From Oscillospiraceae bacterium (lineage in GTDB: Bacteria > Bacillota > Clostridia > Oscillospirales > QAMX01): DNA of 64,000 nucleotides. Under the pieces are notes generated by a model. That model had not been told where the DNA came from and searched no databases. It saw only the letters and a program-made list of their open reading frames with translations. Position numbers and translations under genes: made by a program. Positions 1-8,200 of this stretch are shown piece after piece (the stretch's first letter is position 1; every line of letters starts with the position of its first letter). The DNA lies in the NCBI GenBank assembly GCA_015067715.1, contig SVLY01000002.1:3657-67656 (forward strand), in the 5' to 3' direction.

Positions 1-807
1 CCCAAGGGCGAATACTCCAAGGGCAAAAACGTCTGAGTTTACAGAGGCAAGGTCGGAGAACAGCCGGCTGAAATCGATCCGGGGGGCATAGGCCTTGGCC
101 CAAAGGCAAATGTCGCATACCTGGCGCAGGCCGAAGCCGGAGTGGATAAAGTGCTTGTAGGCGTGGAGAATGAGGTAGAGCAAGTGGGCTTCCGGCTCAA
201 GGGAGGTAACAGCGCGGCCGGAGCGGAGAATATATTCCCGGGTGGCGGGAGAGGCGAAAAAGCCATTCAGCTCACCCGTTGCAGAGCCATCGGAGGGGAA
301 GAGGCTTTTGTGGAGCTCGATTCGAAGGGGAGTTTTGCCTGATGCAAAGGTGACGACACTGGTGCCCTGGCCGCCGGAAACGAAAAAACCCTGGGAGAAC
401 AGAAAGCTCTCTGCGGCGTCAAAATCCTCCGGCGCGAACAGGTCTTCGTCTCCGCTGGGGCGAAGATATTCCTCCGGGAAAAGATCCCGGCAGAGAACGC
501 CTTTTACGGGGATAAGGGATATTCCTTTTTCTTTTGCCAGGGAGAGAACCTCAAGAACGTCTGCGGTGGCGCGGGTCTGGGTCATTATCTGCAGTGTGGC
601 ACGGCGCTTTGCCTCGGGGAAAAGCTCACGGGGGAAGGACTTGTGGGTGGCGCTGAAAACAAAGGGAAAGAGCTTTTGTTCAAGGCAGAGCCTTGTAAAG
701 GCGGAAAAATCCACGTCGGTAAGCTCCGGCGCGGGCGAGCCGGAAATGGATGAGCTTATGACGGACAGAAGTGCCCTTTGTTCGGGGGTGAGCTTTTTTT
801 CTGTCAT
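1..807 (-). CDS. nucleotidyltransferase-family protein (PF14907-like); C-terminal end runs off the window
   Basis: Absent from the ORF track because it has no in-window stop. A reverse-strand ATG at 807 follows a GGAAAGGAAG SD. My hand translation MTEKKLTPEQRALLSVISS...RPSGDEDLFAPEDFD...LHAYKHFIHSGFGLRQVCDI stays open to position 1. The 242..886 + ORF is its antisense shadow. Confidence 0.6.
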   Translation of the reverse strand, partial: MTEKKLTPEQRALLSVISSSISGSPAPELTDVDFSAFTRLCLEQKLFPFVFSATHKSFPRELFPEAKRRATLQIMTQTRATADVLEVLSLAKEKGISLIPVKGVLCRDLFPEEYLRPSGDEDLFAPEDFDAAESFLFSQGFFVSGGQGTSVVTFASGKTPLRIELHKSLFPSDGSATGELNGFFASPATREYILRSGRAVTSLEPEAHLLYLILHAYKHFIHSGFGLRQVCDICLWAKAYAPRIDFSRLFSDLASVNSDVFALGVFALG

Positions 808-979
808 AAGCAATACTTCCTTTCCTGAAAAATTCCCGTGTTTATTATACCACAACCTCAGGATTTTTCAATACGGCAAAAATTAAACGCCGCCGAGATG
901 TGAGGAGTGGTTCTCGGCGGCGTTTAAGGTGGAGGAGAATATCTGAGATGATATTAAAAAAATGAAGTACCTGTCGGTT

Positions 980-1870
980 TTACTGGCGCTCGTCGCCGAA
1001 GAAGAACACTGCAACTGTTCCGGGGCCGGTGTGGGAGGCAATGATGGTGCCGATGTCGCAGATCCTGATCCTGCCCTCAAGTGCGGGAAAACGCTCTTCA
1101 ATGGCTAAGGCAGTCTCCCGGGCGATATCGGGGCAGTTGGAGTGGCTGATAAAGCACTTTCCGGCATAGTCGACGCCGTTCTCAGCGTGGGCGGTCATTT
1201 CGTCAACGGTGATGCGGATGGCGTTCTTTCTGCCCCTGGTCTTTGAATAGGCAATGATCTTTCCGGCGCGGTCAAGGTGCATTATGGGGCAGATGTTCAG
1301 AACTGTCGCCACAGCGGCAGTTGCGCCGGAAACGCGGCCGCTTCGCCGGAGAAATTTCATTTCGGTGGTGAAGAACTGGGAATGGACACGGGCGAGGTTT
1401 TCTCTGAGCCAGGTCTCGGTTTCTTCCATGGTACAGCCTCTATCCCGCATATCGGCGGCTTCGTCCACAAGCAGACCCAGACCGGAGGAGGCGCAGGTGG
1501 AATCCACAACGCTGATCTTTCTTTCGGGATATTTTTCCTTCAGCATGTCAAGTGCAACGTAGGCACTGCCCACGGAGCCGCTGAGACCGGAGCTGAAGGC
1601 AATGTGGAGCACCTCGTCCCCGTTGGCAGAGATCTTTTCAAGGTAGTCAAAATACTGCTGGGGATTAAGCTGGGTGGTGGTGGGCAGCTTGCCCTGTTGG
1701 AGCATTGAATAGAAATTGGGAAGAGCGTTTTCGTCGCGGCCCATATCGTCCACGTACTGAACACCGTCCACAGTGTAATTATAGAACAAAACCGGAAGTC
1801 CCCGCCCGGAAACGTAGGAGTAGGGCAGGTCGAGAGTGGATTCACAGGAAAGAATAAATTTTGGGGTCAT
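980..1870 (-). CDS. DegV family fatty-acid-binding protein
   Basis: ORF 980..1915 trimmed to MTPKFILSCESTLDLP (ATG at 1870). DegV-like layout: STLDLP N-terminus, SSGLSGS, HTGPGT near the C-terminus. Confidence 0.85.
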   Translation of the reverse strand: MTPKFILSCESTLDLPYSYVSGRGLPVLFYNYTVDGVQYVDDMGRDENALPNFYSMLQQGKLPTTTQLNPQQYFDYLEKISANGDEVLHIAFSSGLSGSVGSAYVALDMLKEKYPERKISVVDSTCASSGLGLLVDEAADMRDRGCTMEETETWLRENLARVHSQFFTTEMKFLRRSGRVSGATAAVATVLNICPIMHLDRAGKIIAYSKTRGRKNAIRITVDEMTAHAENGVDYAGKCFISHSNCPDIARETALAIEERFPALEGRIRICDIGTIIASHTGPGTVAVFFFGDERQ

Positions 1871-2002
1871 AATACGCTCCTCGTTATCATAAAGAGAGAA
1901 ACACCTTGAGAACAAGAGTGAAACTCATTATCATCTAATATGCTATATTATGTTATCACATATCCCGAATTAAATCAAATGGTAAATTTACCGATAAATG
2001 CT

Positions 2003-2030
2003 TGCAAGATACATTGGACTGTGTTATAAT
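2003..2030 (+). promoter_or_regulatory. sigma-A type promoter (TTGCAA-17-TATAAT)
   Basis: TTGCAA at 2002..2007 and TATAAT at 2025..2030 with a 17-nt spacer, upstream of the DUF1836 gene. Confidence 0.5.
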
Positions 2031-2059
2031 TGCCTAAAAGGAAAGGCGGTGTTTTTAAA

Positions 2060-2713
2060 TTGGATTACGATCAGACCGTTGTAGTTGGAAAACTTCGCAG
2101 ATGGGAGCGTTATCTTGAGGTTTTCCGTCTTCCCAAGTGGAGCGAAATTCCCGATATCGGGCTATACATGGACCAGGTCATCCGCCTTATCACCCAGTAT
2201 CTGGACTATTACCCCCCGGAGCTCAAGGACGGGAAATATATCACGGCGACCACCGTTAACAACTACGTCCGCATGAAGATAATGCCCGAGCCCATAAAAA
2301 AGAAGTATTACCGAATTCATATCGGCTACCTTATTATGATATGCACCCTCAAGCACTCGTTAAGCATTGCCATGGTACAAAAGCTTATTCCTGCGGACAT
2401 TGGCGAGGAGGAGTTTTGCCGGATATACGAGGGCTATGCCGAGAGGCACCGTCTTTCGGCTCAGAAGTTTATCTCCCAGGTAAAAGAGATCGGCGCGCCC
2501 CTTTTCCATCCGGAAAACTCCGACGGAAGCGACCTTATGGAGGTGCACGATCTTATTTACGATTACGCCGTGCTTACCGGCTTTTCAAAGCTGCTCACGG
2601 AAAAGCTGGTGCTGTTAAAGAGCGTCACCATGGACCAGGTCGAGGCGGACACCTTTGCCTACAAATCGGACATTCGTCCCGCAGAGGCCTTTTCTGCGGA
2701 TGCTGATGAATAA
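2060..2713 (+). CDS. DUF1836 domain-containing protein
   Basis: ORF 2030..2713 contains IPDIGLYMDQVIRLITQYL...TTVNNYVRMKIMPEPIKKKYYRIHIGYLIMICTLK, typical of DUF1836 proteins that sit next to DegV genes. The TTG at 2030 overlaps the -10 box, so I prefer the in-frame TTG at 2060 after AAGGAAAGG. The start is uncertain. Confidence 0.65.
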   Translation: MDYDQTVVVGKLRRWERYLEVFRLPKWSEIPDIGLYMDQVIRLITQYLDYYPPELKDGKYITATTVNNYVRMKIMPEPIKKKYYRIHIGYLIMICTLKHSLSIAMVQKLIPADIGEEEFCRIYEGYAERHRLSAQKFISQVKEIGAPLFHPENSDGSDLMEVHDLIYDYAVLTGFSKLLTEKLVLLKSVTMDQVEADTFAYKSDIRPAEAFSADADE

Positions 2714-2735
2714 ATCTATCGGAGGATATAAAACT

Positions 2736-3803
2736 ATGGAAAAACTCAGAATAGCCCTTATCGGTGTTGGCGGAATGGGCAGCCATCACCTTTATTCCAG
2801 CCACGCCCGTAACCCCAGAGTGGAGATCGTCGCCCTTTGCGACATCATCGAAGAGCGCTGTGTTGCCGCCGCCAAAAAGCTTGGCCGCGACGACATTGCC
2901 ATCTACACCGACTACAAGGCTCTTATTGACAACGAAGAGCTGGACGCAGTTGACATTGCCACTCCCAACCGTTTCCACTCCATTATCGCGGTATACGCCC
3001 TTGAGCACGGTCTTCACGTTTTCTGCGAAAAGCCCGACGCTATCAATGTTGAAGAGGCTCTCAAGATGAAGACCGCCTCTGAAAAGGCGGGCAAGGTGCT
3101 CATGGTCATGCGCAACAACCGCTACACCCCGGGCTCAAAATACCTCAAAAAGTTTATCGCAGCCGGTGAAGCCGGCGACATCTACTGCGGACGCTGTGCG
3201 TGGATCCGCCGCCGCGGCATTCCCGGTAAGGGAGGTTGGTTTACCACCAAGAGCGAATCCGGCGGCGGTCCCCTTATCGACCTTGGCGTTCACATGATCG
3301 ACCTCTCCATCTGGCTCATGGGCAACCCCACCCCCGTTTCCGTCTCCGGCTGCACCTACTCCAAGTTTGCGGATAACGACGCCGAGTCCGACAGCGAGCA
3401 TTCCAAATTCGGCGATTCCGTCTCCAACGGCACCTTTGACGTTGAAGACCTGGCCATGGGCTTTATCCGCTTCGACAACGGCGCCTGCCTGCAGATCGAG
3501 TTCAGCTGGGCTTCCAACATCGTAAAGGAACAGCGCTACATTGAGCTTCGCGGCACAAAGGCCGGACTTACCTGGTTTGACAACGGCGACGTCGGCATCT
3601 ATTCCGAAGAGGACGGCAAGCTGGTCGACACCGTTCGCAGCTGCGACATGGGCAACGGCCACGACGAAGCCCTGCGCCACTTTACCGCCATCGTTCTCGA
3701 CGGGGCAGAGAAGGACTACGTTCCCCAGCAGGGTCTTGACATGATAAAGATCCTCTGCGCCATCTACGAGTCTGCCCAGACCGGCAAGGAAGTTATTCTC
3801 TAA
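2736..3803 (+). CDS. Gfo/Idh/MocA family oxidoreductase
   Basis: GGAGG at 2721 then ATG at 2736. MEKLRIALIGVGGMGSHH Rossmann N-terminus and an EKP motif (VFCEKPDA). Confidence 0.85.
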   Translation: MEKLRIALIGVGGMGSHHLYSSHARNPRVEIVALCDIIEERCVAAAKKLGRDDIAIYTDYKALIDNEELDAVDIATPNRFHSIIAVYALEHGLHVFCEKPDAINVEEALKMKTASEKAGKVLMVMRNNRYTPGSKYLKKFIAAGEAGDIYCGRCAWIRRRGIPGKGGWFTTKSESGGGPLIDLGVHMIDLSIWLMGNPTPVSVSGCTYSKFADNDAESDSEHSKFGDSVSNGTFDVEDLAMGFIRFDNGACLQIEFSWASNIVKEQRYIELRGTKAGLTWFDNGDVGIYSEEDGKLVDTVRSCDMGNGHDEALRHFTAIVLDGAEKDYVPQQGLDMIKILCAIYESAQTGKEVIL

Positions 3804-4699
3804 TGTTTGACATTTCCATCGGAACACTGATTCCCTATAACGCCGCTTCTGAGATGATACCTCTGCTCAACCCAAAGGGCTTTGAGTGCTACGAGCTTGA
3901 TTTTAACGGAAGCGTTCCGGAAAACGTGGATTTTTCGGCCTACGGGGAGGAGATCCTCCCGCGGCTTGAGGGCAGAAAGATATCTGCCATTGGCTTTTAC
4001 CGCAACCCCATTCTGAACGAGAGCGACAGGCACGGCCTTGAGGTTTTGATCAGAAACGCAAAGACTTTGGGCTGTGACGTGATCGGCGCCTTTGCCGGGG
4101 CAAACCCGGAAAAGACGATACCCGAGACCATCGCCGATTTCAAGCGCGTTTGGGAGCCTTTGGCGGCGCTGGCTGAGGAAAACGGAGTTCGCATCGGCTT
4201 TGAGGGCTGCGGCGGAGGCTGGTACGGCGGAAGCTGGAATATCGGCTACTGTCCGGAAGCTTGGGAGCTTATGTTCGACGCTGTTAACAGCCAGGCTTTG
4301 GGTCTTGAGTGGGAGCCCACCCATGCCATCGAGGGGCTTGCAGACCCCATTGCCCAGCTTCGCCGTTGGGCGAAAAAGGTCGTCCACGTCCACGGAAAGG
4401 ACGGCACCGTTGCCTGGGACGTCATTCGCGAAAGCGGCATAAACGGCCCCAGACCCTACGTGTGGAACCGCACACCGGGCTTTGGCGACACCAACTGGGC
4501 AGATATTTTCACCATATTGCTCCAGAGCGGCTTTGAGGGCGCCTGCGACATAGAGGGCTACCACGACCCCGTTCACTACGACGATATGGAGTGGTCAGCT
4601 CAGGTGGCAAGCCTTGAATATCTCAAAAACTGCCGGGGCGGCAAGGTGTTTTTTGACGCGCCCGGGCTTTACCACGGGTATCAGGGAAAAAGAAAATAA
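3803..4699 (+). CDS. sugar phosphate isomerase/epimerase (xylose-isomerase-like TIM barrel)
   Basis: 298-aa ORF whose start overlaps the upstream stop (TAATG). AP-endonuclease-2/xylose-isomerase-like TIM pattern (GCDVIGAFAG, HVHGKDG, DIEGYHDP). Confidence 0.75.
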   Translation: MFDISIGTLIPYNAASEMIPLLNPKGFECYELDFNGSVPENVDFSAYGEEILPRLEGRKISAIGFYRNPILNESDRHGLEVLIRNAKTLGCDVIGAFAGANPEKTIPETIADFKRVWEPLAALAEENGVRIGFEGCGGGWYGGSWNIGYCPEAWELMFDAVNSQALGLEWEPTHAIEGLADPIAQLRRWAKKVVHVHGKDGTVAWDVIRESGINGPRPYVWNRTPGFGDTNWADIFTILLQSGFEGACDIEGYHDPVHYDDMEWSAQVASLEYLKNCRGGKVFFDAPGLYHGYQGKRK

Positions 4700-4809
4700 A
4701 ATTTTGCCGCAGAGTCCTTTTAATGTGCCGGACTCTGCGGTTTTTCTTGTAATACGCAAAGGGATATGGTATTATATTCCTATCCTGACAGGAAAGCTGA
4801 GGTTTGATT

Positions 4810-6912
4810 ATGCGGGAATACGACAGAAGAGAAGAGCGCACCGGAATTCAGGAGGCTCAGGGCTACCGCCCGGAGTTTGATATGCAGTGTGACTTCGTTA
4901 TGGTCTACGGTTTTCACGACCTTGAATCGCGAATAGCCCGCTGGAAAAAAGAAGGCTACGTGGTTCATCTCATGACCGGTGTTTCCTGGGGACAGTACCA
5001 GGACTATCTCAACGGCGGTTTCGATGGGCTTGACCATTGGGACGAGGGTCAGATGGATTCCCGTGGACAGGTCATTGCCCACGGTGACGATCCAACCGTA
5101 CCCTACATGGTTCCGTCGGTGTCCTTCGCAAAATACCTTGCCCACAACCTCAGAAAGGCTGTGGACGCCGGGGTCGAGGCCATTCACCTTGAAGAGCCGG
5201 AATTCTGGGTTCACGGAGGATATTCCGAGGGCTTTAAGCGGGAATGGCAGATCTACTACAAAGAGCCCTGGTCCGATCCCGAGGCCACTCCCGAGGGGCA
5301 GTACCGGGCATCCAGGCTGAAAAGATACCTTTTTACAAGAACTCTTGACCACCTTTGCGCCGAGCTGAAGGAATATGCCCTTAAAAAATACGGAAGACTT
5401 CTTAGGTTCTACGTTCCAACCCACAGCCTTGTGAACTACACCCAGTGGAGAATCGTTTCTCCGGAATCTGCCCTTGTGGATCTGCCCACAGTTGACGGCT
5501 ATATCGCCCAGATATGGACGGGAACCTCCCGTGCGGTGAACTGCTACAGGGGAAAGGTTGCCGAGCGCACCTTTGAGACCGCTTTTTTGGAATACGGCGC
5601 AATGCAGGAGCTTGTGCGCAACACGGGCAGGAATATGTGGTACCTCCACGACCCCATCGAGGACGATCCGGAGCACACCTGGGAGGATTACCGATACAAC
5701 TACTACCGCACACTGATCGCCTCCCTTTTCCATCCGGAGATCGGCGATTACGAGGTCTGTCCCTGGCCTTCCAGAGTTATGCTTGGCAAATACGCCCTTG
5801 GCGAGGGAAAAGAAAAGGGCTTTATGCCCCCGGAATACCGCACCAACTACGTCGCTCTCACCCATACCCTCCGGGAGATGAAGGATCTTCCCCACCGCTG
5901 GCTCACGGACTCAAAGGAGATCGGCGTGCTCCTTGCAGACAGCGGAATGTACCAGCGCAGATACCCCGTGGGCGATCCAAAGCGCACCGAGACGGACACC
6001 ATCGAGTTCAGCTCTTTTTACGGAATGTGTCTGCCGCTGATGAAAAACGGCGCCTGCGTTCGCCCGGTTCAGCTGGACAACCTGAGAAGATACGCCGACC
6101 ATCTTAAGTCATATGCAACCCTCGTGCTGTCATATGAATTCATGAAGCCCGACAGCCCGGATATCCACTTTGCCCTGAGCCGGTGGGTGAACGGGGGAGG
6201 AAGACTTATGCTCGTGGGCGACGGGAAGGACAGCTTCCACAGTGTCAGAGAGTGGTGGAACGCCGACGGGGAATACGCCACACCCACGGAGCATCTCTGC
6301 GACACGCTGGGGCTTGGAAAGACCCCGGATGAGGGGCTCTACCCCGTAGGACGGGGTTGGGTATCGGTGATGTGCGCCGATCCCATTGACCTTGCCCACA
6401 GCCCAAAGCTTGCAGATTCCTATCTTGAAAAGATGGGAGCAATGTTTGAGGCCTCCGGAGAGGAGCTTGGCTCACACAACGGCCTGCTTATGGAGCGGGG
6501 AGATTTTACGATCGGCGCCGTTTTCGACGAAGGGGAAAACCGGGACGAAATGCAGGTTCTTGGCACCTTTGCGGATATGCTCTCCCACAGGTTCGATATC
6601 GTCACCGACCCGGTGCTGAAGCCCGGTGAGGTGGGACTCTGGCGCGCAGTGCGCCCGGGAGACGGGCCGGATATTCTTGCGGCGTCGGGAAGAGTGAGCG
6701 GCTTTGAGCTCACGGAGAACGGCATGAGCTTCCAACTGCGCGGGCCTGCCGGAATGATTGCTGCCGTAAGAGCAAAGGTCGGGCCGGGAGAGGTATCTGC
6801 CGTTGCGGAAGGCCTTGATGCGACCGTTGAGAAGGAAAACGTCGGAAATACGGTTCTCGTTAACTTTACGATGCCGGACGGCGGGACAAAGGTCTGCATT
6901 AGCTGGAAATAA
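4810..6912 (+). CDS. large conserved hypothetical protein, possibly glycoside-hydrolase-like
   Basis: 700-aa ORF. GAGG at 4798 then ATG at 4810. Contains a GVEAIHLEEPEFW segment. Operon context is the oxidoreductase and TIM-barrel genes. I recognise no family. Confidence 0.6.
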   Translation: MREYDRREERTGIQEAQGYRPEFDMQCDFVMVYGFHDLESRIARWKKEGYVVHLMTGVSWGQYQDYLNGGFDGLDHWDEGQMDSRGQVIAHGDDPTVPYMVPSVSFAKYLAHNLRKAVDAGVEAIHLEEPEFWVHGGYSEGFKREWQIYYKEPWSDPEATPEGQYRASRLKRYLFTRTLDHLCAELKEYALKKYGRLLRFYVPTHSLVNYTQWRIVSPESALVDLPTVDGYIAQIWTGTSRAVNCYRGKVAERTFETAFLEYGAMQELVRNTGRNMWYLHDPIEDDPEHTWEDYRYNYYRTLIASLFHPEIGDYEVCPWPSRVMLGKYALGEGKEKGFMPPEYRTNYVALTHTLREMKDLPHRWLTDSKEIGVLLADSGMYQRRYPVGDPKRTETDTIEFSSFYGMCLPLMKNGACVRPVQLDNLRRYADHLKSYATLVLSYEFMKPDSPDIHFALSRWVNGGGRLMLVGDGKDSFHSVREWWNADGEYATPTEHLCDTLGLGKTPDEGLYPVGRGWVSVMCADPIDLAHSPKLADSYLEKMGAMFEASGEELGSHNGLLMERGDFTIGAVFDEGENRDEMQVLGTFADMLSHRFDIVTDPVLKPGEVGLWRAVRPGDGPDILAASGRVSGFELTENGMSFQLRGPAGMIAAVRAKVGPGEVSAVAEGLDATVEKENVGNTVLVNFTMPDGGTKVCISWK

Positions 6913-6961
6913 AAAAATAAGCAGATCCGGAAGGGGGACTTTTCCGGATCTGCTTTTTTTG
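6911..6961. terminator. bidirectional rho-independent terminator
   Basis: GCAGATCCGGAA (6921..6932) pairs with TTCCGGATCTGC (6942..6953). It is flanked by an A-run upstream and a T-run downstream, between convergent genes. Confidence 0.8.
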
Positions 6962-6973
6962 TCTGTGTGTTTC

Positions 6974-7729
6974 CTATCCTAAAAGCACGTCTGAGACCAG
7001 CATAACGCAAAAGCCCACCAGCAGGGCGTAGGTCGCGCCGCGCTGGGCGCCGTGGGCGTGGGTCTCGGGAATCATTTCGTCGGATATGACGTAGAGCATT
7101 GTGCCCCCGGCAAAGGCCAGGGCAAAGGGGAGTATTGCCGCAGAAACGCTTACGGCAAAATAGCCGATCAGCGTGCCGACCACCTCCACAAGCCCCGTTG
7201 CCAAAGCGCAGATAAAGGTCTTTGCGGGGCTGACACCGGCGGCGAGCATTGGACCGATTATGACCATACCCTCCGGAATGTTCTGAAGGGCAATGCCTCC
7301 TGCGATGATAAGGGCGTCGGCGGTGTTTCCGCTTCCGAAGCCAACACCGGCGGCGATACCTTCGGGGAGGTTGTGGATGGCGATTGCCGCAACGAAGAGA
7401 AGCACCTTACCAAGATTTGCGTTTGTGGAGTGGGACTCGGTCTCGGGGCCTACCAGCTTGTGCAGGTGGGGCACCAGCTTGTCTATAAGGTTAAGGCAGA
7501 GCGCGCCGGCAAAAATGCCCCCGACGCAGATAAGCAGACCGAATTTTCCACCGTAGTCGATGGAGGGCAGAATAAGCCCAAGCACGGCTGCGGCAAGCAT
7601 TACACCCGCCGCAAAGCCAAGGACGATATCGCTGAATTTGTGGGAGATCTTTTTGAACACAAAGCCGATAACAGCGCCGACGACTGTTGCGCCGCCAACA
7701 CCCAGAGCAGTTAAAAGTACGGTTTCCAT
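6974..7729 (-). CDS. ZIP family metal (zinc) transporter
   Basis: 251-aa polytopic membrane ORF with ZIP signatures (HNLPEGIAAG, LQNIPEGM). Confidence 0.85.
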   Translation of the reverse strand: METVLLTALGVGGATVVGAVIGFVFKKISHKFSDIVLGFAAGVMLAAAVLGLILPSIDYGGKFGLLICVGGIFAGALCLNLIDKLVPHLHKLVGPETESHSTNANLGKVLLFVAAIAIHNLPEGIAAGVGFGSGNTADALIIAGGIALQNIPEGMVIIGPMLAAGVSPAKTFICALATGLVEVVGTLIGYFAVSVSAAILPFALAFAGGTMLYVISDEMIPETHAHGAQRGATYALLVGFCVMLVSDVLLG

Positions 7730-7829
7730 GGGTCGTTTCCCTGTTCCTTTCCGTTTGGGATCATACTGTGATTATATCACAAAGACCGGGAAAAAGATAT
7801 ATGTCACGGAGATATTTTTTATTGAGGGG

Positions 7830-7859
7830 TTGACAATATACCCCCTGGGGGTATATAAT
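7830..7859 (+). promoter_or_regulatory. csoR-copA promoter with embedded CsoR operator palindrome
   Basis: TTGACA at 7830..7835 and TATAAT at 7854..7859. Between them lies the 19-bp palindrome TATACCCCCTGGGGGTATA (7837..7855), which matches the GC-core, AT-flanked CsoR box type. Confidence 0.8.
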
Positions 7860-7892
7860 GGTTATGAAGAAAAGCTATGGAGGTGACGGTCT

Positions 7893-8183
7893 GTGGAATG
7901 CTGTCACAAAACTAAGGTGCGGGAACCCGAGGAGCGCAAAGCCCTTATAAACCGCCTGAACCGGATAGAGGGTCAGGTGAAGGGCATCCGGGGCATGGTG
8001 GAAAAAAACGCCTACTGCACGGATATTTTAACCCAGGTCGCGGCTGTGACCGCCGCGCTGAACGCCTTTAACCGGGAGCTTCTGGCAGAGCACATCAAAA
8101 CCTGCGTTGCCTCGGACATCCGCTCCGGAAAAGACGAAACTGTGGACGAGCTTATCGCGACCCTGCAGAAGCTTATGAAATGA
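7893..8183 (+). CDS. csoR: CsoR-family copper-sensing transcriptional repressor
   Basis: GGAGGTG SD then GTG at 7893. 96 aa with RLNRIEGQVKGIRGMVE and the C...H..C ligand pattern (YCTDIL ... HIKTC). Confidence 0.85.
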   Translation: MECCHKTKVREPEERKALINRLNRIEGQVKGIRGMVEKNAYCTDILTQVAAVTAALNAFNRELLAEHIKTCVASDIRSGKDETVDELIATLQKLMK

Positions 8184-8200
8184 TACGGGGAGGAAACGCT

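Noticed and set aside
242-886. 214-aa plus-strand ORF at the left edge.
   Set aside because: It is Arg/Ser-rich with odd composition and no SD. It lies fully antisense to a better-supported minus-strand gene (1..807), which has an SD and recognisable nucleotidyltransferase-family motifs.
2030-2059. TTG at 2030 as the start of the DUF1836 gene (ORF-track start).
   Set aside because: The codon overlaps the last base of a well-formed TATAAT -10 box, so it would lie upstream of the transcript start. An in-frame TTG at 2060 after AAGGAAAGG is preferred.
3135-5895. Long minus-strand ORFs 3135..3827, 3800..4576 and 4780..5895.
   Set aside because: These are antisense shadows of the Gfo/Idh/MocA, TIM-barrel and 700-aa genes. 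They show Gly/Val/Ala/Arg-rich low-complexity translations typical of the GC-rich reverse frame, with no SDs or family motifs.
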